DNA of 64,000 bases from contig CAYSAJ010000005.1 in NCBI GenBank assembly GCA_964429005.1, forward strand, positions 5,354 through 69,353, written 5' to 3'. A program made the translations under genes and the position numbers. Positions 29,301 through 39,098 of this stretch are shown here, piece after piece (the first letter of the stretch is position 1; every line of letters begins with the position of its first letter). Below the pieces are notes generated by a model. That model did not search any database and was not told the DNA's origin. It saw only the letters and a list, made by a program, of their open reading frames with translations. This DNA is from an uncultured bacterium (GTDB taxonomy: Bacteria > Chlamydiota > Chlamydiia > Chlamydiales > JACRBE01).

Positions 29301-29813
29301 GTCAATATTTTTTTGACGAAATGGAGTGAAGAAGGGAGATTTAGCTAAAATACCTGAGGCGCTGAGATACTCTTGCATGAGCTCTTTTTGATATTGAGCT
29401 TCCTTTTTCTCTTCTTGCTTGTTCGCGGCCTCTTTGACGACATCAAGAATTTCTTTTTTCTCTTCATGGTCAATGTCTTCTCTTTGAGAAAGATCAGTCT
29501 CATTGGAATATTCAACCAAGATCGCATCAAGGTTAGCCTCTAAATAATAAAGCAAGGCAGCAAGATGCTGACAATCATAGTGATAGGGACAGTCACAGTC
29601 AGAGTCAATGGTCTCGCATTCGCTCCTATTGATCTCAATTTCACTTTCATAGGTATTATTATACTGGCCTAAAACTTTGGCATTAATACGCAGCGTTGAA
29701 GAATCTAAATGAAGGATTTTTGCCGAAAGTACCTTTTTTTCATCAAAAAGCTGTTTCCCCTCTTTTAAAACCCCTGAAGAAAAATCCTGTTTGAGTTTCC
29801 GTAAGTTTAACAT
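26343..29813 (-). CDS. SNF2-family helicase with N-terminal SWIM zinc finger
   Basis: SWIM motif CDCPYHYDCQHLAALL is present. Helicase motifs are present: LADDMGLGKT, DEAQHIKN, SGTPIENS, LKAGGTGLNL, QATDRVYRLGQ. The ATG at 29813 (MLNLRKLK) is preferred over the TTG at 29846. Confidence 0.85.
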   Translation of the reverse strand: MLNLRKLKQDFSSGVLKEGKQLFDEKKVLSAKILHLDSSTLRINAKVLGQYNNTYESEIEINRSECETIDSDCDCPYHYDCQHLAALLYYLEANLDAILVEYSNETDLSQREDIDHEEKKEILDVVKEAANKQEEKKEAQYQKELMQEYLSASGILAKSPFFTPFRQKNIDYAELALIYTFPQEAVNQHLVELQIALRLPSRSKPLYVPQACEFLEAIRYEEPIVMGGKKYMFSIESFPQTHQELVRMVLDYAKEHNKMATEKGQRITIMDIRFFGLLLAKAYEIAVKEIADKGGVFDDEDLPTLPCIYEASLEAPLKFSRNFAMFEIGIDYIAPPASKILLDPKLSVSQKSVLLEEGCFFECAQPGVIFDHTYFKFSPHVTRQHLKHLPTLRELTIPEPLFGSFIENSLPVLSNFSVIKDKERLDQFVTLPFVEPLKAICNISYLDGELDAVLFFQYGNVEVPAAKSQLKQDHLKSFITREGVLARNLVEERELLENLFRDFQFDSDLGAFVAKSEKKIIEFMTETIPAFQHSVTFNCPQNLLDQFIYDKTAFTLSLSHTNRMDIYEIDLKVDGDLRGIRMDRLWDCVVSKKAFIEVESSKKKKGDSPKLPKILVLDLGVMTSLVGLFDELGLDKLDNCKLERPLWNLANIDESNFVGLPVTFTMTKKLREIRAQMIGEKSIEFTPVPHEIKANLRPYQVEGVNWLERLRKMYLNGVLADDMGLGKTLQAITAITQNYAGGQTSLVVCPTSLLYNWKEEISKFNSNLKVSVVDGVPGQRKRMIDQAKNFDVLVTSYTLLQKDIEHYGNYEFSYVILDEAQHIKNRGTRNAKSVKKISAKHRMILSGTPIENSLDELWSLFDFLMPGFLGTYDRFVEKYIRVPKEEQSKNLEYLKKKVSPFILRRMKSDVLNDLPPLQELTYHCQLTDAQQQLYSSYAASARDELVKLVERDGFDKVQIHVLATLTRLKQICCHPAIFAKESSEEGDSAKYEMLLELLQTLIEGNHKVVIFSQYTKMLHIMREDFEKRKIRFVYLDGSSKNRLDIVNQFNEDGSISVFLVSLKAGGTGLNLVGADTVIHYDMWWNPAVENQATDRVYRLGQDKSVSVYKLVTKNTIEEKIVEMQNRKRGIVKKIVSSDEEALTKLTWEDVLELLQG

Positions 29814-29957
29814 GGCCCTGTTCCCATAAAATATAATCTTTACCAAGCAAATAGCTTTTACATCTTTTTTATCAGAGCTTCAATGAAAAAATGTATATTT
29901 TTTTAAATCTATTGCTGAAAAATCGTGAAAAATTCTATCCTTGGTGTCCAATTATTC

Positions 29958-30029
29958 GCGGGTGTAGCTCAGTGGTAGAGCATCACGTTGCCAACGTGAG
30001 TGTCGTGAGTTCAAGTCTCATCACCCGCT
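29958..30029 (+). tRNA. tRNA-Gly (anticodon GCC)
   Basis: The sequence reads GCGGGTGTAGCTCAGTGGTAGAGCATCACGTTGCCAACGTGAGTGTCGTGAGTTCAAGTCTCATCACCCGCT. It has a complementary acceptor stem, a TTGCCAA anticodon loop and a GTTCAAGTC T-loop. Confidence 0.9.
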
Positions 30030-30096
30030 AAACCAATGCCCGTTTCTTAGGGTCATTGTTATTTTCCAGCAGCTTGAATCAATCTGAAAGGTAGTC

Positions 30097-31485
30097 ATGA
30101 CAAGTCAAGAGCACTCAAACGAAGAAATCGTAGAGCAAATTGTAGATACAGCAAAAAACGCTAACACACCAATTAGCACAGAGCATTTTTCAAACGACTC
30201 GATCAAACTCACTTTAGACCGATATCCTCATTGCATGGTGGGCTTCACCATTCACGTTGGACCTAAACTCATCGAAGAAGCCACTCGCCTTGGAATCAAA
30301 AAAGTAGCCAAAGACGTAAGCATCCCAGGTTTTAGAAAAGGAAAAGCTCCTGAAGCCATGATCTTGAAAAAGTTTGGCAAAGCTGTTGATGAAAAAGTTC
30401 GATTTGAAATGGCTCAACTCGCTTATGTTCAAGCTCAGCAATTAGCTAGAACTCCCCTTCTCAACCAAGATGCAAAAATTTCTTATGACGTTAAAGAAAT
30501 GACGAAAGAACACGCTGTTCTTCATTTCCGCTTTGAAACTGAACCTACAATGCCTGAAATCGATACTCAGACACTATCCATTAACGATGTAAAAAAAGAA
30601 GAAATTACTGAAGAAAAACTCAGCGAAACGATCCATCAAATCCGTTCCTTCTATTCGACCTTCGAAACAGTCAGCGATCGCCCTGCTCAAGATGATGATC
30701 ATGTCATTCTTGACATTGAAGATCTCGAGACAGATCCCCCATCCAAGGTTTTCTCTCAAACTCGCTTCCATGTAAAAAAAGGTGTGATGTCTGATTGGAT
30801 GTATGAGATTTTGGTCGGTATGAATACTGGCGAGAGCAAAGAAGCTCTAAGTCGCCCTAATGAATCCGATTCTGAAGAAATCAAAGCAGAGTACAAACCT
30901 AAAAAAGTTCGTGTCACCTTAGCACTTATTGAAGTGGCAAAATTGCCTGTTGTTGATGATGAGTTTGCAAAAAGACTTGGCGTTTCAACAGTAGAAGAAA
31001 TGAATGCACAGCTTACAAAACAACTAGAACTTCGCGCTCAAAGAGTTTACATGCAAGAGCTCCGCAACAGCGTAAGCCGTCAGCTCCTAGAAAAATATGG
31101 GACTTTTGAAATTCCGAATACGCTTCTAGTTCGAGAAGTACAGCACCGCACAAATTCCTATATGTCTTCTCCGCAGCACAGAAAACAGCTTATGAATCAA
31201 TCGAAAGAAGAAAATGATGCTTTCCAAGCGCAAGTCATTAAAGAATCTGGAGAAGCGATTCGCATGTTCTATCTGTGCAAACATATTGTTGAAAGCAACC
31301 ACATCCGCTTCAATTTTGAAGATGATGTCATGCCACCATCCAATATGATAGAAGCAATGTTCAATGCAGGACAACCTCATACTTCGTTTAATGATCTCTC
31401 AAAAGAAGAGCAAGCTCTTCAATATTCAAGAAAGATGCTCGCCGCGGCTGAGGATTTCTTGATTGAGAAGTTGCAAAAATCGTAG
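30097..31485 (+). CDS. tig: Trigger factor
   Basis: The ribosome-binding signature GFRKGKAP is present, and the gene sits in the classical tig-clpP-clpX order. Confidence 0.85.
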   Translation: MTSQEHSNEEIVEQIVDTAKNANTPISTEHFSNDSIKLTLDRYPHCMVGFTIHVGPKLIEEATRLGIKKVAKDVSIPGFRKGKAPEAMILKKFGKAVDEKVRFEMAQLAYVQAQQLARTPLLNQDAKISYDVKEMTKEHAVLHFRFETEPTMPEIDTQTLSINDVKKEEITEEKLSETIHQIRSFYSTFETVSDRPAQDDDHVILDIEDLETDPPSKVFSQTRFHVKKGVMSDWMYEILVGMNTGESKEALSRPNESDSEEIKAEYKPKKVRVTLALIEVAKLPVVDDEFAKRLGVSTVEEMNAQLTKQLELRAQRVYMQELRNSVSRQLLEKYGTFEIPNTLLVREVQHRTNSYMSSPQHRKQLMNQSKEENDAFQAQVIKESGEAIRMFYLCKHIVESNHIRFNFEDDVMPPSNMIEAMFNAGQPHTSFNDLSKEEQALQYSRKMLAAAEDFLIEKLQKS

Positions 31486-31542
31486 ATTCTTTTTAAGATG
31501 AGGCTTTTGTCATCTTAAATTAATACTATCAAAGGAGTCGAC

Positions 31543-32139
31543 GTGCATTATACACCTTACGTAACAGAAGATACGGGTCGTGGTGAAAGAACCACTGATA
31601 TTTATTCAAGACTGCTCAAAGATCGCATTATCTTTATCGGTTCTGAAATTAATGACCATGTTGCCAATTCTGTTGTAGCTCAGCTTATTTTCCTGCGTGC
31701 TGAAGACCCCAAGAAAGATATCCATATGTATATCAATTCTCCTGGTGGTATTATTTCTGCAGGACTTGCGATTTACGACACGATGTGTTTTTTAGGGTGT
31801 GATATTAACACCTATTGCATCGGCCAAGCAGCTTCCATGGGATGTCTTCTCATGACAGCAGGAACAAAAGGGAAGCGTTATGCACTACCCCATGCGAGAC
31901 TTATGATTCACCAACCCTCTGGTGGCGTAGGTGGAACCACAGCTGATATTTATGTGCAAGCGCAAGAAATCATCGCGATGAAAAAAATGTGCGCTGAAAT
32001 TATTGCTCACCATACAGGACAACCGATCGCGAAAGTAATTCACGATTCTGAAAGAGACTATTACATGAACCCTCTTCAAGCCATTGATTATGGCATTGTA
32101 GACAAGGTTCTTACCTCCGCAAAGAAGGAGACTAAATAA
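31543..32139 (+). CDS. clpP: ATP-dependent Clp protease proteolytic subunit
   Basis: [20 protein letters not shown] (Ser nucleophile) and RLMIHQP are present. It has a GTG start. Confidence 0.95.
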   Translation: MHYTPYVTEDTGRGERTTDIYSRLLKDRIIFIGSEINDHVANSVVAQLIFLRAEDPKKDIHMYINSPGGIISAGLAIYDTMCFLGCDINTYCIGQAASMGCLLMTAGTKGKRYALPHARLMIHQPSGGVGGTTADIYVQAQEIIAMKKMCAEIIAHHTGQPIAKVIHDSERDYYMNPLQAIDYGIVDKVLTSAKKETK

Positions 32140-32142
32140 AAA

Positions 32143-33384
32143 ATGACCAAACCGGCAGCAGCATGTTCTTTCTGTGGTAGAACAGAAGATGCAGTTGAAA
32201 AACTCATTTCTGGGCCTGGCGCTTATATTTGTGATAAGTGCGTCCACCTTTGTGTTGATATTATCGACAAAAAGACAACTACCACTGAAAAACCACACCA
32301 TGAATTCAAATTACTCAAACCTAAAGAGATTTTTGATCACTTAGGTCTTTATATCATTGGTCAAGAAAAAGCAAAAAAGACTCTTTCTGTTGCTGTCTAC
32401 AATCATTATAAGCGTGTTCGTGCAAAACAACTCGCAGGTGACACTGAACCTGAAGTCGAATACAGCAAATCGAATGTATTGCTGCTAGGACCTACAGGAT
32501 CGGGGAAAACACTTCTTGCAAGAACACTCGCAAAAATCTTAGACCTCCCTTTTGCCATTGTTGATGCGACGACACTCACAGAAGCTGGATACGTAGGTGA
32601 AGATGTGGAAAACATCATCCTTCGTCTGGTGCAAAATGCAGATTATGATGTGGGCCGCGCAGAGCAAGGGATCATTTATGTCGATGAAATCGACAAAATT
32701 CGAAAAACAACATCAAATGTATCCATCACACGCGATGTGTCTGGTGAAGGTGTTCAACAAGCCCTTCTCAAAATCGTTGAAGGTACGATTGCAAATGTTC
32801 CTCCTAAAGGAGGACGTAAGCATCCGAACCAAGATTACATCAAAGTAAACACTGAGAACATCCTCTTCATTGTAGGAGGAGCCTTTGTTCATCTTGATAA
32901 AATCATCGCAAAACGCCTTGGTAAAGGATCGATCGGCTTTGATGTCGATGAAAAGAAAGTCATCGATCAAAACGAGCAAAACTACATCCTCTCTAAAGTC
33001 GAAGCTGAAGATTTGATCTCTTTTGGGATGATTCCTGAATTTGTGGGACGCTTCAATTCGATTGCGAACTGCAATGAACTGACAGTAGAAGACCTTGTAG
33101 AAATCCTTGTGAAGCCCAAAAATGCCCTCATCAAGCAATATCAACTACTATTTAAAGAAGATGGTGTGGAACTCGAGTTTTCTGATGATGCTTACATAGC
33201 AATCGCTGAAAAAGCAAAAGCTGCGGGCACAGGGGCAAGAGCTCTTCGTATGATTGTAGAAAATCTGCTTGTAGAACTTATGTACACAGCCCCCTCAGAT
33301 CAGACGATCGAAAAGGTCATCATCGATGGGAAGTGTGTTAAGGGCCATGCTAAACCCCACGTGATCCACAAAAAAGCTAGCTAA
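32143..33384 (+). CDS. clpX: ATP-dependent Clp protease ATP-binding subunit ClpX
   Basis: The N-terminal zinc finger CSFCG...CDKC is present, along with Walker A GPTGSGKT, Walker [10 protein letters not shown] and GARALR. Confidence 0.95.
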   Translation: MTKPAAACSFCGRTEDAVEKLISGPGAYICDKCVHLCVDIIDKKTTTTEKPHHEFKLLKPKEIFDHLGLYIIGQEKAKKTLSVAVYNHYKRVRAKQLAGDTEPEVEYSKSNVLLLGPTGSGKTLLARTLAKILDLPFAIVDATTLTEAGYVGEDVENIILRLVQNADYDVGRAEQGIIYVDEIDKIRKTTSNVSITRDVSGEGVQQALLKIVEGTIANVPPKGGRKHPNQDYIKVNTENILFIVGGAFVHLDKIIAKRLGKGSIGFDVDEKKVIDQNEQNYILSKVEAEDLISFGMIPEFVGRFNSIANCNELTVEDLVEILVKPKNALIKQYQLLFKEDGVELEFSDDAYIAIAEKAKAAGTGARALRMIVENLLVELMYTAPSDQTIEKVIIDGKCVKGHAKPHVIHKKAS

Positions 33385-35524
33385 GCAGGCTCGTGAAATA
33401 TTCTCTTAACCCAGCATCCAGGCCGTCTGTCCTTACGACATCTTCCACCTCAGCCCGACTTAGGACTCTTGTTGGTCCCGTAGGCTCTGAGCGATCAGAA
33501 GCAATCTTCGTATAGAGGTTAAAAGTATTCCCTGATCCCTTCTCGATTCTCCACATGTTGTGTCCTGCCGGAAGTGTTAACGCAGCAGGAGCTCTGTCAT
33601 CTCTCCAGTCAGGTGGAGCTATAGCAGCTCCCAATGGCATTCCTACGGCAGCACCTCCACCACTGGAAATTGTCCCTCCAGTAGCTCCGGATGTGGGCAC
33701 GCCCGGCATGGCTGATACAGGACCTGATGCCGCTGGTTGTCTATACAAACCCGCAGTCCTAGGATCTCTTCTTAATCCTCTTACAGCCTCTCTTGCTGGA
33801 GGGACAGAACCCCAACCAGTATGTCCTACAGGTGGCATAGCTGTTACGGGCCCTAGGGTAGAAGGTGGCGGGAGTGCAGCAGGACCGCCCCTTTGATGAG
33901 GAGGCAGAGCAGGAGCCACTAAGCCTGTGCCTGCTGCTGGCCCCCCTACTGGATTTGAGCCAGCTAAGGTTAAATTTGGTGTGATGGGTGTTAAGTTCGG
34001 TTTTGGTAGAGAAGCTGGGGCTTTGCAAACAGCTAGAAGCGTTGTGAGTGCGGGAGGATTTGTCAATCTACCTGGGTTGAATGCATCCACGCGCTGTAGG
34101 TCCCCTCTAACAGCGTCTAATTGAGAGTCAATAGCAACTTTTTCATCAGGAGTAAGGCCTACTTCTCTCGCAAACGCTTTCGCCATGCCTGGATCCATAT
34201 AACGACTTGCAAAAGCCATTCCTAAATTTTCTTGTAATGGATTGACCTGAGGAGGCACACCCTGCATGGATAAAGCGAGCATACCCGCTTGAACAAAGAC
34301 CCCTTCAGCTGTAGGCGCTTTAGGTGCCCCACCTTTGAAATGTCTCTGCGCGTGGGTGTACATCCGCTCTCGGTCTTTTTCTACGATTCCAGTAGTATGA
34401 GCTAAGGCTCCAATATCTGATATGTACTCTAATACAGCTGATTGACGCTCAGCGACGGCTGTCGCTTGCGCCTTTTGAGATCGCAATCTAACAGTGCTAC
34501 CGAATTTCTCTAGGCCTGTATCTTGTGTCATAGGAGCTCTTAAAGCATCTCTCATTGTCTCAAAGTCTGCGTCTGTACTTCTAGGAGTAAAGCTTGCACA
34601 TCCTGCTAGAAGAGCAAACTCATCAACATGTTCTATGTCTGTCAGCATCTTTTCATAGCGCTCTAAATCCCCTTGCAGCTTACCTAAATTAGGATCACTT
34701 GCTTTGGTGGCAGCTTGTACTTTTGCTCTTTGATCTGTAACAAGAGCTCTTAAAAAATGAACGGCTTTATGCTTGGATCTTTGCGCGTACGCAATTCTTT
34801 TAAGGGCCTCTAAGCGCCTTGCCGCAAAATCTGCAGGCTGTTCCCCTGTTTTAGGGGCAAGCAGAACAGAGAGATATTGCTTCGCTGCTGATGAGAGGTC
34901 TTTAGGAAGGCCTGCTAAGGCTGCATGATCTCTTTCAAAAGAACGGGTAGAGCTAAATTCATCATAGCCTCCGTGTCTAAAGGAGTGAGTTTCTGATGTG
35001 TTAATACTAGGATCTTCTTTTTTGAGATGCTCTAAGGCTTCTTTTCGAAGTATATTCAGGGTGTCAGTATCGTTGCTCATATCAATAACATGAGTATGGA
35101 CAACTCCAGGCTGCCCATTAACACTAGCCTCTCGGTACATGATACGGCCATACTTCAATCCAACGCTAAGGGATGTCTCATCAATGGTATGTCCTGTTTT
35201 TTCATGAAGAGCACTTATGATCCGCCCATAAACATCCTGAATCTTATCAGCGGTTTTTTTGAGCTCTACGGGGATATCTTGGGTTTGACCTCTTGCCACA
35301 ACAGAAGAGCGGATGACTTTAACGGTATGCGTCGCTGTTAAAGTCGCAATGGGTCCAGTACCTGCAGCAGCCGCGGGGAGAGTCGCACCGGTAGCTATGG
35401 CAGGAGTAGCAGTTCCAGTTACGGTTCTGGCTAAGGCTGATGTAGAAAAAGCAGGAGGTGTTGATCCACCAGTGACTGGAGAATGGGATCCTGCGCCGGG
35501 TGAAGGTAGTGGGGACGTAGCCAT
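33377..35524 (-). CDS. P/A/G/T-rich hypothetical protein (715 aa), candidate secreted effector
   Basis: It is a long ORF with its own promoter. Both termini are low-complexity (N-terminus [22 protein letters not shown]-terminal third rich in P/G/A, e.g. [22 protein letters not shown]). No enzymatic motif was seen. It is convergent with clpX and overlaps it by 8 nt. Confidence 0.65.
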   Translation of the reverse strand: MATSPLPSPGAGSHSPVTGGSTPPAFSTSALARTVTGTATPAIATGATLPAAAAGTGPIATLTATHTVKVIRSSVVARGQTQDIPVELKKTADKIQDVYGRIISALHEKTGHTIDETSLSVGLKYGRIMYREASVNGQPGVVHTHVIDMSNDTDTLNILRKEALEHLKKEDPSINTSETHSFRHGGYDEFSSTRSFERDHAALAGLPKDLSSAAKQYLSVLLAPKTGEQPADFAARRLEALKRIAYAQRSKHKAVHFLRALVTDQRAKVQAATKASDPNLGKLQGDLERYEKMLTDIEHVDEFALLAGCASFTPRSTDADFETMRDALRAPMTQDTGLEKFGSTVRLRSQKAQATAVAERQSAVLEYISDIGALAHTTGIVEKDRERMYTHAQRHFKGGAPKAPTAEGVFVQAGMLALSMQGVPPQVNPLQENLGMAFASRYMDPGMAKAFAREVGLTPDEKVAIDSQLDAVRGDLQRVDAFNPGRLTNPPALTTLLAVCKAPASLPKPNLTPITPNLTLAGSNPVGGPAAGTGLVAPALPPHQRGGPAALPPPSTLGPVTAMPPVGHTGWGSVPPAREAVRGLRRDPRTAGLYRQPAASGPVSAMPGVPTSGATGGTISSGGGAAVGMPLGAAIAPPDWRDDRAPAALTLPAGHNMWRIEKGSGNTFNLYTKIASDRSEPTGPTRVLSRAEVEDVVRTDGLDAGLREYFTSLLS

Positions 35525-35554
35525 ATTACTAACCTAGTATATATTAATATATAA

Positions 35555-35583
35555 ATTATAGCATATTTTACTAACAATAACAA
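35555..35583 (-). promoter_or_regulatory. Sigma70-like promoter for 33377..35524
   Basis: The sense strand reads TTGTTA - 17 nt - TATAAT (-35 at 35578-35583, -10 at 35555-35560), about 30 nt upstream of the ATG. Confidence 0.5.
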
Positions 35584-35617
35584 TATAGTTTTGATTTTAA
35601 TTTATAATTATATAAAT

Positions 35618-35649
35618 AAAAAAACCGCTACCCAGAAACTGGGTAACGG
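35618..35649 (-). terminator. Rho-independent terminator of 35676..36668
   Basis: The sense strand reads CCGTTACCCAG-TTT-CTGGGTAGCGG (11-bp stem with one G-T pair) followed by T7. It lies about 27 nt after the stop. Confidence 0.75.
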
Positions 35650-35675
35650 CCTGTAAACCACCAAACCTAAACGGC

Positions 35676-36668
35676 TTAGTTGATTTGGTTCGCTGCAACT
35701 GCAGACTGTATAAGCTGAAGGGTTTGAGAGACCTGTTGGTCTTTGTTGTCCCTTGCAGACACAGCTTGTTGCTGAGCAGACTGAGCAATCCCTTGAGACG
35801 CTTGAGAGTAGGCTTTGTCGGCCTCTTCACTAGCTTGGTCTTTCTGAGCTTGTGAAGCACACTGGTTAGCCGATGTGTTCGCAATCGAAGAACCAATCTG
35901 AGCAAATGTGTTCCCTGCTTGTGAAAGCTGGTCTCTTTGACGAAGGATACTGTCTTTTTTCGTGTTAAGCCTGTCTGTATTGTCACCAGCTCTTGTCTGG
36001 ATTTCTTTAAGGGCTGCTTCACCATCAGTTTTCTTGATATAACCAAGAGCACATTCATAATCTTCATCTGTATAACCAGCAAGAGATCTAGACCCTTCTG
36101 TTCCAAATGAACCTTTTTTAAGACTATCAACAAGAGTTTCTTGTCTAGCAGTAAGTGTTTTTTGTGTGACACCAGCTTGAGCAGGAGCACTTTCTCCCGA
36201 AAGAACAAATTCTTCTGTACTTGGGTTTGTAAGAGCTCTGTCAACTTGAGCTGTAACGTTCTTATTGACGTTAAGCTGATTATCAATCTCATTAACACCT
36301 GAGTATTTATAAGTAGCAACACCCATAGCAGCTAAACCACCGGCGTTAGAGAGGGCAGAACCAAATTGAGCCCATGCTTGGTCGGCTGTAGCTTCAGCTT
36401 GTGAATTCCCTGCACTTAGCGTAGATTGAGCGTTGGCAGCGGCAGCGGCGCTCCCTTCGCTAATGTCTGTCTTTGTAAGCTCGCTATAGAGGTTCTCGAT
36501 CTGACAAAGCTCTTGGAGGAGCTTAAGGATCTCTGACATAAGCGCCGCAGTTCCTGATAAAGCGAAAGAACCGAAAGAATATCCTCCGGCAGATGTTGAG
36601 GATCCTGAAGAGGAACTTGCAGCAGGAGGTGTTGGCGAAGCGCCATTTTGCCTAATTAATGAACTCAT
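35676..36668 (-). CDS. S/A/Q-rich hypothetical protein (330 aa) with one central hydrophobic stretch; SctB (YopD/IpaC)-like by architecture only
   Basis: It has a serine-rich N-terminus and a single hydrophobic patch, GGLAAMGVATY. It has helical Q/A-rich flanks and 2 Cys. It sits directly downstream of the SctE-like gene and has its own promoter and terminator. Confidence 0.65.
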   Translation of the reverse strand: MSSLIRQNGASPTPPAASSSSGSSTSAGGYSFGSFALSGTAALMSEILKLLQELCQIENLYSELTKTDISEGSAAAAANAQSTLSAGNSQAEATADQAWAQFGSALSNAGGLAAMGVATYKYSGVNEIDNQLNVNKNVTAQVDRALTNPSTEEFVLSGESAPAQAGVTQKTLTARQETLVDSLKKGSFGTEGSRSLAGYTDEDYECALGYIKKTDGEAALKEIQTRAGDNTDRLNTKKDSILRQRDQLSQAGNTFAQIGSSIANTSANQCASQAQKDQASEEADKAYSQASQGIAQSAQQQAVSARDNKDQQVSQTLQLIQSAVAANQIN

Positions 36669-36728
36669 TATTATCTCCTAATATGAATTTTATATAGTTA
36701 TTATTAAAGCTTATAGTTTCCTACATTT

Positions 36729-36758
36729 ATTTTATCATATATATTATTTTAATTGCAA
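36729..36758 (-). promoter_or_regulatory. Sigma70-like promoter for 35676..36668
   Basis: The sense strand reads TTGCAA - 18 nt - TAAAAT, followed by AAATGTAGGAAACTAT (a variant of the shared leader motif). Confidence 0.5.
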
Positions 36759-36844
36759 CAGTTAAATTAATATTTTAACTTTTTCAACAGCAGGGAATTA
36801 CACTTCATATTAGCGTATAGCATTGATTTTCAAGAATTTGTGAT

Positions 36845-36887
36845 AAAAACAAAACTCCCTGTAACTAAGGGGGATAGTTACAGGGAG
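36845..36887 (-). terminator. Rho-independent terminator of 36914..38470
   Basis: The sense strand reads CTCCCTGTAACTA-loop-TAGTTACAGGGAG (13-bp stem) followed by TTTTGTTTTT. Confidence 0.75.
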
Positions 36888-36913
36888 CCTAAAAAGAGGA
36901 TTAGAAGAACCTC

Positions 36914-38470
36914 TTACTCTTGGAGAACAGACACCTCAGCGGCTAAAGGCTTGAGGAAGGAAGCTGTTACTGAGTTGATCTGCTGACCTACTTCAGTAAC
37001 GCTGTCTGTCATCGACTGTTGCATTTGCTGGTTGAGGGACGAAGACATCTTCTCCATCGTTTCAAAGAAGGCCATCCTCGAATCCACATCAGCAAGCGCT
37101 CTTTGCGTTTCTGATAATTGCATATCAGTCTTGTATGTTGAAGCGTTTACTCCAACTTCTCCGATCATTGCTCCAGCTTGGGCAATAAGGCCTAGTGTTT
37201 TTGCGAGAGTCGCAAACTGAGCAGATTGGATGTATTTACCAAACGCTATAAGGAAGTTTTCTGCAACTTCTGGCAAGATGCTAGACAGAGTTTTACTGAC
37301 TGAACTTGCAACAGCTGAAGCTGCTCTTGATGCAGTTCCCCAACCTACTGTTGAAGACTCTGTAAAGGCAACTTTCGCTGTATAGATCGCAGCAATAAAC
37401 CCTACAACACCATTAATGATGTCAGCGACTTTATCACTAGCACCGGCTGCTTTAGCAATATCACCAGGAAGACCTGTTTGTACGCCAGTCATCGTTCCAA
37501 ACATCTTAGCAAACGCCACACCATTTGTTCGAAATCGACCAAACAGTGATGTCAATTTACCGATAAATTTCTCAGCATTTTCAACAAATTTTGTTGCACT
37601 TTGAGCTGTTCTTGTTGCTGAAGTAGCTGCTGTTTCAACGGTCTCAACAGCTGTTTCATTTAAAGAAGTAGCTGTTGTTGAAGTCGCATCTTCAGCTGCA
37701 TCAGTTGCAGCAGAGGCAGCATCTTCAGCACCTTCTTCACCAGCACGAGCCGCTGTTGTAGCTGCTGATTCAGCAGTATTTGCAACTGCCGCTGCAGAAC
37801 CTACGCTACCCACACCAGCCGAAGCTACAACGATCACAAGCGTAGTGATTACATCCGCTACGATCTTCGCAATCGCAGGAGGCATAACATTTGAGAGCCC
37901 TTTTGTAATAGCGTTTGTTAAATCGTTTAAACCACCTGTATACTGAAGCGTAACTAAAGCCGCTGTCATAACCAACATTTCAGGTCCCATAAACACGGCA
38001 GCAATAATCGATAAGGCTGTTAAAATCCCGCCGAAGATCTTCATCATAAGACCTTCTTTACTTTGGGCTGCCTCAGCGGCCTGCTCTTGTTGGTAAGCTT
38101 GTTGTGCTTTTTGAAGCTGCTCTTGAGCGCTCTTAACAAATATATTACCAACTTCGTTTTGCATTTCTTCTGTTTGTTGTTGGTATTTTAAAAGCTCTTC
38201 TTCAAGCCCCGCTAGTACACCAGCAAGTTTAGACATTGCAAGCTGCATAGTAGCTGTTGTATCTTGAGATGCAATTTCTTCTAATGTCGGGTTAGAACTC
38301 GTACTTTTAGAAGAATCTTTTTCATCTTCTAGAGAAGCTAAAGCTGCGTGTAATTGTACAAGTGTAGCAACGTCAGAAGGAAGTTTCTCTTTACTAGAAG
38401 GAAGCGTACCTAATGAAGGAACCGATCCTACTGGGAAAGAAGTCTCTTGTGTTTTAATTAATACTGACAT
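36914..38470 (-). CDS. Putative T3SS major hydrophobic translocator-like protein (SctE/YopB/IpaB-like architecture), 518 aa
   Basis: An N-terminal coiled-coil (LEEELLKYQQQTEEMQNEV...AQEQLQKAQQAYQQEQAAEAAQSKE) is followed immediately by paired hydrophobic helices (KIFGGILTALSIIAAVFMGPEMLVMTAALVTL). A third helix (IAKIVADVITTLVIVVASAGVG) follows. The rest is A/T/S-rich with a helical C-terminus. No Cys. Confidence 0.6.
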   Translation of the reverse strand: MSVLIKTQETSFPVGSVPSLGTLPSSKEKLPSDVATLVQLHAALASLEDEKDSSKSTSSNPTLEEIASQDTTATMQLAMSKLAGVLAGLEEELLKYQQQTEEMQNEVGNIFVKSAQEQLQKAQQAYQQEQAAEAAQSKEGLMMKIFGGILTALSIIAAVFMGPEMLVMTAALVTLQYTGGLNDLTNAITKGLSNVMPPAIAKIVADVITTLVIVVASAGVGSVGSAAAVANTAESAATTAARAGEEGAEDAASAATDAAEDATSTTATSLNETAVETVETAATSATRTAQSATKFVENAEKFIGKLTSLFGRFRTNGVAFAKMFGTMTGVQTGLPGDIAKAAGASDKVADIINGVVGFIAAIYTAKVAFTESSTVGWGTASRAASAVASSVSKTLSSILPEVAENFLIAFGKYIQSAQFATLAKTLGLIAQAGAMIGEVGVNASTYKTDMQLSETQRALADVDSRMAFFETMEKMSSSLNQQMQQSMTDSVTEVGQQINSVTASFLKPLAAEVSVLQE

Positions 38471-38524
38471 TTTTTACCTTTATCTAAATTTTTATTATTA
38501 TTTATTATTAACTTTTTATTTATC

Positions 38525-39040
38525 TTACATCGCATGTTGTAACAATTGAACCGCAAATCCCATAAGCTGTACCGCTGAAGAAGCGAACTGCATAAAGTTA
38601 CTCATGTTACTGTTGTCCGATGAAGTCGCTGTCGTTGATGTCGATTCAACCGATTTAATTAAGTTATCTGTTGTTGTTGCTGTTGTCTGGTCAAGACCAA
38701 ACTGAGCGTTATCTGTTTGAATTTGTCCAGGGGCAGCATTGTTGTTAGTATCTGTTTGAAGTTTAAGAATATCATAAGCCAGAGTCCCTGCTGGGGGTGT
38801 ACTTGGTGTTACTCCGTCAACAGTACCGTTGTTCATATAATTCATATAATCAGATTCTACATTGGCTAAGTTGCTGGACATTTGGGCGTCGAGTGTCGTT
38901 TTTTTATCGAGCGTATTGTTCATATCTTCAATCGCCATCATGATTAACATCTCAGCGCTGATTGAAGCTTGATCATCTCCGCCTGCTACATTTGAGCTAT
39001 TAGCGTTATGGCTAGATTCAATTTTTCCTATGTGGGTCAT
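38525..39040 (-). CDS. N/T/S-rich hypothetical protein (171 aa), probably co-transcribed with the SctE-like gene
   Basis: It has its own promoter upstream. No terminator or promoter is visible in the 54-nt spacer to the next gene. It has no Cys and no TPR pattern. Confidence 0.6.
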   Translation of the reverse strand: MTHIGKIESSHNANSSNVAGGDDQASISAEMLIMMAIEDMNNTLDKKTTLDAQMSSNLANVESDYMNYMNNGTVDGVTPSTPPAGTLAYDILKLQTDTNNNAAPGQIQTDNAQFGLDQTTATTTDNLIKSVESTSTTATSSDNSNMSNFMQFASSAVQLMGFAVQLLQHAM

Positions 39041-39098
39041 ACTTTCCTCTATTAAGATTTATTATGTTTATTAATTAGTTAATATCTTCCTACAATCA

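Noticed and set aside
31492-31519. A hairpin (tttaagatga...tcatcttaaa) between tig and clpP, considered as a terminator.
   Set aside because: The stem is AT-rich and is not followed by a T tract. It may be an attenuator or an mRNA processing site, but the evidence is too weak to annotate.
33555-35537. Several 65-113-aa ORFs on both strands inside the 715-aa gene (33555..33896, 33759..34028, 33927..34124, 35090..35341, 35313..35537).
   Set aside because: They are expected by-products of the locally GC-rich, stop-poor sequence. All are nested in one long uninterrupted ORF with its own promoter, and none has an SD or start context.
35597-36322. A 241-aa minus-strand ORF overlapping 35676..36668 in another frame.
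   Set aside because: Its translation is monotonous K/L/V/Q-rich, and its end runs through the terminator hairpin of the real gene. The alternative frame (330 aa) has the promoter, an SD-like aggag and the terminator in the right places.
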